From: Vicugna vicugna
Lineage: Eukaryota
Assembly (NCBI GenBank): GCA_013265495.1
Contig: MU058287.1
Span: 620,001-684,000 of the forward strand
Length of the DNA: 64,000 nucleotides
Direction: 5' to 3'
Shown here: positions 37,601 through 49,600 of the stretch, piece by piece
Numbering within the stretch: the stretch's first letter is position 1
Layout of the letters: the number at the start of each line of letters is the position of its first letter
Made by a program: the position numbers and the translations under genes
The notes under the pieces: generated by a model
The model's input: only the letters and a program-made list of their open reading frames with translations
Databases searched by the model: none
What the model was told of the DNA's origin: nothing

Positions 37601-40600
37601 ATTGACTTGGCCTGTACTCTCTCATTCTCTCAGGAGAAAGCTGGTGATTAACGCCAGGGCAGGGCACAGCTGTCGTGAGAGATTTTGAGGCATTTCTAGA
37701 TATTTTACTTAAACACTTATTTATCAACTCATGATGTTCGTAAGAGAAAAGTAGAGTCATGTTATCCATTGTATTAAACGAAGCCCAACTGGCCCTTAGT
37801 GTGAAGAGTGTGAATAAGAAGATTGCTGTTCTTAGGGTGATCCCAGAGAAATGGGCACTGCCTTGAAGTCTACCCGCAAGCCCAGCGTGCAAGGATCCTT
37901 TTATCCAAGGTTGATAACACTCCTTGAGAGTCTTATTCATGTTCCTTTTGTAACCATTTAGAACTTTCTACATGGTAACTTTGTTTTAGTTGAATAATGT
38001 TGACCTTCTGGAAAAGTTACTTAAAATGCAGCTCCTGAGTTTCAGTCGGATGTTTGAAACTCTTTAAAAAAACTGTTAGTTCAGATTTGTTCTCGATCAC
38101 TAAGTTAGTATAGACCTCCAGATCACCAGATATTGGTTGCCCTTTCCTAGAGAAGTAAGTAACATCTCGTATTTTTTTCTTTCTCGTTTCGCACTTGTTA
38201 ACAACAAAAGTACTTAACTGAGGAGAGGTAGCATTTCTTTTAAGTCTTGACCATAATTTAAGGTAACAGAAGCAACATTTCAGCAAAATCCTCATTTTAG
38301 AAGATACTTAAGAGAAATACAATAACATGTCTTGAATTTGCACTCTAGACATTTTTTTTAAATTGTCTTTTTCCTTAAGCCTGGCTGAGGTTAACTTTGC
38401 TGTTAGAAAAGAAAGTTTTCTTTAAAATATATATATATATTTTTATAAATTCTTATATATATATGTATATAAGAACTGGTATGTGGAAAAGATTTTGTTC
38501 AACTTACCTAAGAAATAATTGAACACGTTTAGACAGCAAGTCCTTAGCCTTTAGCACCTTGATCATAAAGGGTAAATTTGGAATGCACTTAGGTTGTAGG
38601 AGTCCGCTTAAAGCAAGTGAAGACTCTTTGCTTCAAAGAGTATCGACAGGCCCGGACGTGAGGGAGGGGAATTCTAGTTATTACAGATACCTAAGATAAT
38701 AAAGCTCCCAAGCCACAGAGACTTCTTTTAAGCCTGCATCTTGTCACCAAGTGAGATGGTGCCATCCACTGGCTCTTTTCAGTGGATCAGAGTTGGTGAA
38801 ATGGTACATCTCTGTCTGATCCTTTGTTCTTCCTCTCCTGACCCTCCCAGTTAACTTCCACAGAGTTATAACCAGAGGTAAGTTACCATAAAGAGTGTCT
38901 GTATGCAGTGAAGATTGGCTCCATAATACTGACAAGATTTTTCTCATGTTTCTGTGGAAGATAGTTTTACCCCTCAGGAAAAAGAAGGGCATATACAACA
39001 TTATAACAGAAGAAGCAATTAGGACAAATGTACACATCATGAAAGTCATGAAACAAAAGAGTATTCTTATAGGAGTTTAAATGTATTTCCTATGGTGATA
39101 GAAAAGGAGAGTTAACCTTTTTTATTTTTATTTTTTTCCTGAAAATGGTCTGGTTGAAGGCAGTCCTATCCAGAAGGAGGCAGATATGCCATGGTCATGG
39201 CCATGGCCATCCTTTGATGAAGACCCTCTAGGAACATAAGCAGTTTTAGAAGATCTGAAAATGATATTCTCCCTCCAAATTATTCAAACACTTCCCATTA
39301 TCTTGTTTTAAAAAAAAAAAAGAATTTTTTCTGCCTCTTGAAGTTTTTTTGAAGGAGACTTGTCTTTCGTTTGTGGCCATGTGTTTTCACTCTGCCCACT
39401 GCAGTCGCCACTGCAGATGGAGTTCGGGGCAGTGGCGAGCTTCTCTCTGTAGCCGTTGGGGATGGCTGGTTTGGACTTTGCTCTTTTAGCAGTAAGATGA
39501 CTAAATTTGCTTTTGACCAGAAAGACATTATGGAACATGTATGATCTGTGATGAGAGTAACCTGGTTCTATACCCAATGAGCTGCCGGTGTCTCCTCTAC
39601 ACACTGTCCCTTCTTCGGAGCATACAGAGACTTTTTCAGATGACGCACAGGGCAAGGGGCTGAGGATGTCCCTTTGCTGGCTCAGCTAAAGACTGGAGGA
39701 GGGGGAAGATAGGACTCCTGTCCCTTAGGTCTTGGCCTCAAGCATCACTTGCTCCTCCTAGAAGGGCGGCAGGGAGGGGGCAGAAAGCAAGATCATTATC
39801 ATTATTAGCCTGTTTTCTTCTCTGCATTTATTCAGACAGATCTTAAGAGTTTAAAAGGAACATTGCCATTGACAATTGCAACTCAGTTTATTTTAAAAGT
39901 GTTGTCTTCCTTGACTCTTAATGTGAAATCTCTCTGCTTTAGCTGGTTCCTCTCATTCAAGAAAAGCAACTGGCTCCAAAGCATCAGCTTCACCACCTAC
40001 TTCCTCCACCTCATCTCGTGCCAAAACTTCCAAGGAGACAGTTTCTAGCAAAACAGGGACAGTGGGAATCACAAAGGGCAAGAAAAAACCTGGCAAGCAG
40101 CCAACGTCTCGACCATCCTCAGATGCAACCACTTCTGGCACATCTGACCTTAAAGGAGAGGCTTTTGAGACCAGGGTGGAGGGTCTCAAACCTGAGCAGC
40201 CTGCCCCTGGGACCGAGGAGCTGACCACAGGCAAACCCAAGTCCGCAGTCCCCTCGCCCCCTGTGGCTCCGCCCCCTTCTCCCCCGGCGCCCCCTCTGCC
40301 TCTGGAGGAGCAGAGCTTTGTTGCTTCAGACACTCCTGTCGTCCTGGTCAGCAACGGAGCCGACCTGCCCGTCCCTGCCTTAGACCCAAGTCAACTTATC
40401 TGGACTGAAGAGCCGACAAACAGAACCACTGTCCACTCAGGCACCGGCTTAAGTGTTAGCAGAGAAAACGCAAAATGGTGAGTCGGGGCACAAACCCCAC
40501 ATTCCATCTGTGTCCCTGGGAGGCGGACCACTGCAGACCCCTGAGCCTCCCTGATGGACGGGAAGGAACCTGCTTTGGTTTCCGTTATAATGCAATCTAG

Positions 40601-43600
40601 TGAATGTTCCGTAAGCATCTGTGTAATCCAAACACTGATTTTTTTCAGAGCCCCGCCCCAGGAAAGCTGCAGGCTGCTAGTGATAATTACACTGGTCTGA
40701 TGACAGCTACACTTCAGTCTGTGGCTTTCTGGGACACGTAGAGCCTGCTTCGTCGCTGCTCAGCAGCCCCCTTTCTTTCTCCGAGACAGTTCCCTCCTCT
40801 CTTCTTAACAGTGGTTATTCTAAATCTTTACCACTTGTGTCCAGATTGCTCACCCCTCCTACCCACCTGCACTTCAACAAGTTGTTTAGCCTTCTCCTCT
40901 CCACGAAATTAAAGACCATCAGGAAAGCGCTGTTTCAAAGTCCAATTCCTTCTCCTCCAACCTTAGAGTGGCTACTTTTCTTGCTGCCTCAATTCCCTAC
41001 CCAGTTCAAGTGTTATCTCTTCTGTGAAGCCTTTCAATATTCAGACAGAATTGGTTATTGCAATTACTAAACTCTGACAGTGCTTTTTTCCTGCCTATGG
41101 GACAGAACTAACCAGTATGTCTTATTTACCTCTATATCCCCAGCAACCAGTGCGGAATCTGGGATGCTGTAGGCATGCCATCGTCCAGGTGCCCACACCA
41201 GAAACCTGGAACTCATCCTAGGGTCCTCATTCTCCTTTGTCCTCTGCATCTCATCACTCACAAAGTCCTATAAATTTTCTACTTAAGGATAAAAAAAGAC
41301 ATATTAACTCTCCTGTCCCCCAGTTATGAAGAGAGGGCTGTCAGTATGGTAGAAGCCATTTCCAATTCTGTCTAGGGGAGGCTTGGAGCTCTTAAATCCA
41401 GCCTCTTCTATTTCTAAGAATGAAACCAAAATTCACTTTTTCCATTATTTAATTTAAGATTTCTTCTTTCAAAAAAAATCTTTGTCATGTTATACTTTAA
41501 AAATTAGTACATTAATTAAGTTGATTTGGATTAAAAGACTAAAATATCAACTTTAATTATTCAGTTTGCTACTAATATTAACCTTCATTTATTGAATACT
41601 TATTTAATGTCAGGAACTGTCAGGTATTTAATTTACATAAGTCTCCCCTGAAATACCTCTGTTTAATAGATAAGAAAACTGATGCCAAGAGAGAGAAAAT
41701 AGTTTATCCAAGATCCCCCAGTTAGTAAGTGGCAGAGCCAGAACTGCAAATCCAGAGTTGCTCATCAGATTCTGTGCTCTAAGGAATTTTATAAGTTTCC
41801 AAAGCAGTTGCTTCTACTTCTTTTGCAGTTTCTTTTGTGTTTGTTTCTATCATTTTGAGCATCATCATTCAAAGGAAAGATAAATAAATATTAAGTTACA
41901 AACTCTTTTCTTTGTTTGACCTTTTAATAAATGATATGAGAAGAGATACTGAAATGAATGCTTATAGTGTCCTGAATACTTCTAGCACACAGCAGATGTC
42001 TTCATTTCGTTATTAAATATGACACTGCCGTCAGTTCCCACCTTTAGAAGTGAACAGTCATTCAGCATTTCAGCATATGTTTTTTGCTTGCCTTCTGTGT
42101 GCCAGGCAGTGTACTAAGCACCAGAGGTAGAAAAGTGGGCAAAATATTATCAGTCCACTTCCAGTCCACTTCCACAGCCCCTTTAGAGAGGGCACTATAT
42201 TGTGCTAAGCTCTGTGCTGCATGCTGGGGGCTTGATCTCCGAGTCCTTGCAGGATTGTCAGGCGAAAGAGGTGAGCATCTGTTCTCCATTCCCACCAGGA
42301 CTGGGATCATAGGGAGTGAGTTTAGAACATCATTAGACGTCGAGGTATTTATCATAGATTTCTCCTGTCAGTCAGGGTGACTGTAATGCTTTCCTAGAAG
42401 AGGGTATAGAGGTTTTCTTCTCTGGGTAGTCCTCAAAATTAAAAATTTAAATTACAGTCCATCCCACAGGGATGGTTCGTGTTTGCTCTCGAGTTAATGA
42501 GCTTGGAATAAGTAGTCTCTCAAATTTCCTTCCAAATTCTTCCTTCCGTTTTTAAGTGGGTCTTTGAATTAGAATTTCTGGCTCTTAGTCACTTGCTTTA
42601 CTTAGAACTCTCCCTCAGTTATGTTTAGTCAACGAATGTGTGAAAATTCTGTCATTTTATGAAGAGGGTTCTGTTTGGAATACAAATAGAAAAACTTTAA
42701 AGAAGACAAGTGGTCATCTATAAAAATACCTCCTTCTATTCACAAACTGCAGGGTAGTAGCTATTTGGTAGATTTCTATCCATTGGTAACTTCACAATAG
42801 CATATAATTCTTTTTTTAACATTTTTTATTGATTTATAATCATTTTACAAATGTGTCAAATTCTAGTGTTCAGCACAATTTTTCAGTCATACATGGACAT
42901 ATACACACTCATTATCACATTTTTTCCTCTGTGATTCCCTGTGCTATACAGTATAATCTTGTTTATTCTACAATTTTGAAATCCCCATCTATCCCTTCCC
43001 ACCCTCCGCCCCCTGGCAACCACAAGTCTGTATTCTATGTCTATGAGTCTTTCTGTCCTGTATTTACACTTTGTTTTTTGTTTGTTTGTTTGTTTGTTTT
43101 TGTTTTTGTTTTTTAGATTCCACATATGAGCGATCTCATATGGTATTTTTCTTTCTCCTTCTGGCTTACTTCACTTAGAATGACATTCTCCAGGGGCATC
43201 CATGTTGCTGCAAATGGCGTTATGTTGTCGGTTTTTATGGCTGAGTAGTATTCCGTTGTATAAATATACCACCTCTTCTTTATCCAGTCACCTGTTGATG
43301 GACATTTAGGCTGTTTCCATGTTTTGGCTATTGTAAATAGTGCTGCTATGAACATTGGGGTGCAGGTGTCATCCTGAAGTAGGGTTCCTTCTGGATACAA
43401 GCCCAGGAGTGGGATTCCTGGGTCATATGGTAAGTCTATTCCTAGTCTTTTGAGGACTCTCCACACTGTTTTCCATAGTGGCTGCACCAAACTGCATTCC
43501 CACCAGCAGTGTAGGAGGGTTCCCCTTTCTCCACAGCCTCTCCAGCATTTGTCATTTGTGGATTTTTGAATGACGGCCATTCTGACTGGTGTGAGGTGAT

Positions 43601-46600
43601 ACCTCATTGTAGTTTTGATTTGCATTTCTCTGATAATTAGTGATATTGAGCATTTTTTCATGTGCCTTTTGATCATTTGTATGTCTTCCTTGGAGAATTG
43701 CTTGTTTAGGTCTTCTGCCCATTTTTGGATTGGGTTGTTTATTTTTTTGTTATTGAGTCGTATGAGCTGCTTATATATTCTGGAGATCAAGCCTTTGTCG
43801 GTTTCATTTGCAAAAATTTTCTCCCATTCCGTAGGTTTTCTTCTTGTTTTACTTCTGGTTTCCTTTGCTGTGCAGAAGCTTTTAAGTTTAATTAGGTCCT
43901 ATTTGTTTATTCTTGCTTTTATTTCTACTAGGAGAAAATTTTTGAGGTGTATGTCAGATAATGTTTTGCCTAAGTTTTCCTCTAGGAGGTTTATTGTATC
44001 TTGTCTTATGTTTAAGTCTTTGATCCATTTTGAGTTGATTTTTGTATATGGTGTAAGGGAGTGTTCTAGCTTCATTGTTTTACATGCTGCTGTCCAGTTT
44101 TCCCAACACCATTTGTTGAAGAGACTGTCTTTATTCCATTGTATATTCTTGCCTCCTTTGTCGAAAATTAGTTGACCAAAAGTTTGTGGGTTCATTTCTG
44201 GGCTCTCTATTCTGTTCCATTGGTCTATATGTCTGTTTTTGTACCAATACCATGCTGTCTTGATGACTGTAGCTCTATAGTATTGTCTGAAGTCTGGGAG
44301 AGTTATTCCTCCAGCCTCTTTCTTTCTCTTCAGTAATGCTTTGGCAATTCTAGGTCTTTGATTGTTCCATATAAATTTTATTATGATTTGTTCTAGTTCT
44401 GTGAAATATGTCCTGGGTAATTGGATAGGGATTGTATTAAATCTGTAGATTGCCTTGGGCAGTGTGACCATTAATAGCATACAATTCTGGTACAATTTAA
44501 GGCAGAAACTAATAAGCCCATCTGGAGCCCATATCCAAAGGGGGCTTGACTCTTTTAGTCCATTTCCTCAAACATTTATGGAGTTCACTATGTTGTCCAG
44601 TGTGCCCAGGAAACATAAGGGGAAAATGAGAGTCATGTAATGAGTTGATTGATACAAGTTTGGAGTTAATATTTACTATTAAGTTAAATATAATCTATCA
44701 TATACTATTAACATAACCTACAGTATTAAGTATAAAATAAAATATAGTGTAATGTAACATTTGATAGGTAAACCAAGAATCTTAATTGTGGCTTGTGGAC
44801 TCGACTTGCTACCTTGTTTGGGCAACTCATCCATGGCCTTCCTAGGTTTCACGAACTATAAATTATCTGCCTTCCTTATACTATAGAACAATTGTTAAGT
44901 TGTAAATGTAGGCAGAAGTCTTTGCCTTTTAAAATGCAAATGATGAGATTAAGATAATGACCAGTATCATAGTAGATTAATGAGCAGTGACATGAGCACA
45001 TACTAGGGCCAACCCTGAAGTAGCTTTGTTCTGCTCTTGAGAATGTGTCACTTACTGGTGTATCTTTTAAACGTGCTTCAGTCGCCCATAGCGGCAGGCA
45101 GGCTGTTCAGGCAAGACTGGCCTCCGGTGGCAGTGCACTAGAAATCCCGACTGTGGAAATGTTTTCCCATAAAATAAATCTTCTCTTATTTGAAACGAGA
45201 TTGCATACTTTGGAAACAGTATGGTGGTTCCTCAAAAAATTAAACGTAAAATTACCATATGATCCAGCAATCCCACTTCTGTGTGTATAGCCAGAAAGAT
45301 GGAAAGCAGGTCCTCAAACAGATAGTTATACACCAGTGTCCAGGGCTGTATTATTCACAGCAACCAAAGGTAGAACCAGCCCAGATGCCCACAGACTGAT
45401 AACTGATAAACAAAATGTGACATACACATCAAATGGAATGCTATTCAGCCTTAAAAAGGGAGGAGATTCTGACACATGTTACAAGTGTAGTAAGTCAGAC
45501 ACAAAAGGACAGATGTTGTATAATTTCACTTACATGAAGCACCTACAATAGTAAAAATTACGGAGACAGAAAGTAAAACGGTGGTTGCTGGGGGTGGGGG
45601 AGGAGGAATGTGAAGTTACTGTTTAGTGGATACAGAGTTTCAGTTTCGGAAGATGAAAAATCCTGGAGATGGATGGTGGTGATGGTTGCACGACAGTGTG
45701 AATATACTTAATGCCACTGAACTATACACTTTAAAATGGTTAAAACTGTAAATTTTATGCTTTGTATATTTTACACAGTTAAAAAGGAAATGTCATATTT
45801 CCTCCTTTGAAAACAAGAATTTTTGGCTGTTGGAGTTTTCTAGTAAGTGAAAAATAGAGAATTTTGAGAGCGCTTCGGCTTGTAAACTACGAAGTAGAAT
45901 TTTTAGAACCTCAGATTCTAACAAAGTTTACCTGTTTTTATTATTCAAAGAATTGTTTTTTAATTTTTTTCAGTGAGAACAGCAAGCACATGTTTTGCAC
46001 TAAATGGTCTTTTCAGAAGTGTGACATCCAAATCTGGATTCTTCTATTTATATCAGAAAGCAATGTGGAGAACTTCTGTATCTTAAAATGAATATTACAT
46101 TGTTTTCAGTATGATATGTTTTTGATGCAAAGTTTTTTTTTTAATTCTAGTCTGAAAATTGGCAGGCTTTGTATATTTATAGTAACTTTAAGCCAGAGAC
46201 TCTTACCAAGCGGAATAACAGAAACTATTGCATCCCTCATACCACCTTTCTTCTAAAGAGTCCATTTAACTTTCACGCTTATCACCTTGTGTTCTTAGTA
46301 TAATCTTAATGGCAAACAGTTTTATAAATGGAGAAATTAAACACAGAGAAGATACCTGACTTTTTACTGTTAATGCCCTGGCTGTAATAGACATAGGATT
46401 AATTCATTGAGCAATTAAAGAAGATGTACTTTTCTATATCAGCACCTTTCTAGGTGCTGGGCTACCAAACCATAAGTCCTGCTTGTCAGGGACCTTTTGG
46501 GGGTGGGGAGGCCGCCTGAGGGGCAGCGTGCTAAGTGCTCCAGTGGGGTCATCCTCAGTCGCCAAGGGGATGGGGAGAGGAGGCAAGGATCTAGTCTGGA

Positions 46601-49600
46601 GGCCAGTGAAAGAGCTGGAGGGAGCTGAGGCTTTAACCCAGACATGAAGGATAAGTAGGAGTTACAGTCAAAGAAAAGGTACAGACAAAGTCAAACATCC
46701 AAGAGCTTCTAGCCCATTGTTCTTTCCACCAAATCCCCTAGTGCTAGGGAAAAATAAAATTTTCAAAATATACTTGTACAATATGCATGTACTAAACATG
46801 TCAGGCACCACCTCGTCAATCCTTTTCGTTTTGCAGATTTAAAGCCTTGAGAATTAAGGCGTACGATACCGTTGCCTCATTTCAGTGACTTTAGCTGGCC
46901 TGTGTCTGCTTTCTCCTTTCACCGGCCCGAAGGATGCTTATGAAATCAGAGCTTCCTCTAGTGTGCTGGCAGCATCCCTGAGGGTCGCTCTGAACTTCAC
47001 ACCACCCCTATGTTTCTGTGCCTCTCACAGTTTCACAACCAAAGACGAGCTGGGGAAGGCGGCGCCTCAGCTGTTGACTCCTGGGCTGATGGGAGAGTCT
47101 TCAGAATCCTTCAGTGCCTCAGAGGACGAAGGCCAAAGGGAATACCAGGCCAATGACTCTGACTCTGACGGGCCTATCCTGTACACCGATGACGACGAGG
47201 ACGAGGATGAGGACGAGGATGGCAGTGGAGAAAGTAAGGATTTTTTCAAGAGGTAGGGAGGGCGTAGGTAGGGGGTGGACGCAGCTGCATTTTGTAAAGA
47301 ACAAAAGCCTCATCAGGAACCAGACACCTGATGTCATCTTTCCCCTCATCTTTCTCAAATTAGAAATGTGTATATTCTAAGCTTTTTAGCTTTAGATGAC
47401 AGGCCTTTCTGGAAGATGATTCCACGGGGCCGGGGGAGTCAGTCTATCAGGTCAGTATGCATATTTGAATTTGTCCAAAGTGTCAAACGACAAGAGTTCT
47501 TTCTGAGATTGATCCAAGATGGCCCTTCCCCCTGGGGCCTTTCTTGAGTAAAGAGCATTGCAGGATTCACTGGATTACTCATTGGAGGTGTCTGAGAATT
47601 TCACTCACTTTTATACTGTGGCTTAAAGAGGGAGGGAGGGATGAGTCAAGAATGACTAATAACTTTTAAAGAATTAAAAACAGTCACTCCTCCGTGATAA
47701 GTAAGACAGTATGCCTTCTAAGGAGGAGTGATAGTAAAGTGGATAAAGCCAACCATTTATGTATAACTTAGCGAACTGGAAAATGCTCTTTTTTTTATAA
47801 GCTTCTGAGAAGAATGACTTGGGAGGGGTTCACCATGAAACAACTCAGAGATTATGAAAAGTTATTAGTATATTCGTGATTAAACAGCAGTTTGTCAAAT
47901 TCCTTCTAGTTTGTACTGAACAATAAACAATCATTATCAAACAACAGTAAAATCGAACAACAAAAATCATTCCATGTGGTATAGACAGTCCTCTGTTGAG
48001 ATACCAGGGATTCCTGGGTAACTTAGGATGAAAACAGTGGTCTTGAAGGTAGGCTTTTGTCAGTGTGGTTTCTGAGTGGAGGAAAGGAAGTGTAGGATTT
48101 ACTACATAGAATAAGCAAAGGGGCCAAGTCCTTAAGACCTGAAAAAGAGAAGAAAGAAGAGGCATTGTGCAATCAGTAATTTCCCTGATCTGCTTTCTCA
48201 GCAGAATAAACTTCAAATATCACTTTCCAAATGATGAGGTGATACTTGCAAGTTCTTTCATGGTTCCTCAGCATTTTTCAGAACATTTAAAAAAAACAAA
48301 AAACAGTTCTTCAGTTTTTCAAAATGAACTCCGTCCAAGCCGAAACTTTTTTCCTTTAGGTTCATTAAAATTCTGCTCTTGCATGTGGATAAAGAATTTG
48401 GTCTGGACTCTGTTGAAAGTCCTTGCCGCATGTAACCTGAGTGCCGCTTGCTAAAAGCCTTTCTCTGCATTTCTGCCTTTTCCGATCTTCAGGTGCTTTG
48501 GCAAGTAAAATTCGACGAAGGGATACTCTTGCTATCAAACTTGGCAACAGACCATCTAAGAAAGAACTAGAGGACAAAAACATCTTGCAGCGTACATCTG
48601 AAGAAGAGAGGCAGGAAATCCGACAGCAAATTGGAACCAAGCTAGTCAGGTAGTTGCTGAAACCTGGGGACAGCACTAATTCATACTTTTCTCCCACCTA
48701 TGGTTCCGTCCCCAACTCCACGGTGAGATCACTGTGAATTCCTCCTGAAAAGGCAAGCCTGGCCTAGCTGGTCTTTTAAAGTTGATCTTGGATGGTGAAC
48801 CACTCAGAGAACCTGCTGTTGGGTCCTCCTAGCCAGTGGCTTGGAGGTGGCCAAAGCCTGATGCAAAGTGTGAACAGACTTTTTCTATAAAGGAACAGTT
48901 AGCTAATATTTTAGACTTTGTTGGCCAGACAGTCCCTGTTGCAGCTACTCAGCTGTGCTCTTGCAGCAAGAAAACAGCCATAAACAACCCATAAACAGAT
49001 GAGCATGGCTGTGTGCCAAGAGAACATTCTTCACCAAAACAAGCAACAGGCTGGGTTTGGCCGATGGGCCAGAATTTGCCCAACTCTTGGCGTGATTCAT
49101 GGGCTCCCTAGCATTGCTGTGATTGCCATGAAGTTCTGCCCTGGGGGCAATGAGACGATAGAAATGTTAGTTAGCTTCCATGGCCAGCTCCATCCAAGCC
49201 ATCCAGCTGCAGCCCTGTATCAAAGCCTCCCCGTTTTAACTTCAAATAGATGGTCACGTGACTTGACTTCCTGCCTCCAGCCATGGTAGGATTTCCCCTT
49301 TTACCACAAGTGGCGTGGAAGTCCATGTCACTAGCTATTTTAATACAAGTGAATGCTGAAGCTCTCCTTTGTACTATCATATTTTCATAAGCATATTTAA
49401 GTAGTAGTTATTTTGCTGACTTCCTTCATTCTGCATAAACAGCAGGGTGCATAAATTGGGAGGAGGGAACAATCTGGAATACCAGGACAAGATTTGGAGG
49501 TGGGAGCACAGTCCTCTCCTTGCTTGGAAGTGGAAGACTTCTGTGACGGCTGTGTACCTGCAGGGCTGGCATGTGGGGGTCCCTGCAGCCATCATCTGTT

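Noticed and set aside
43615..44175. 186-aa hydrophobic + strand ORF
   Set aside because: Antisense shadow of L1 ORF2.
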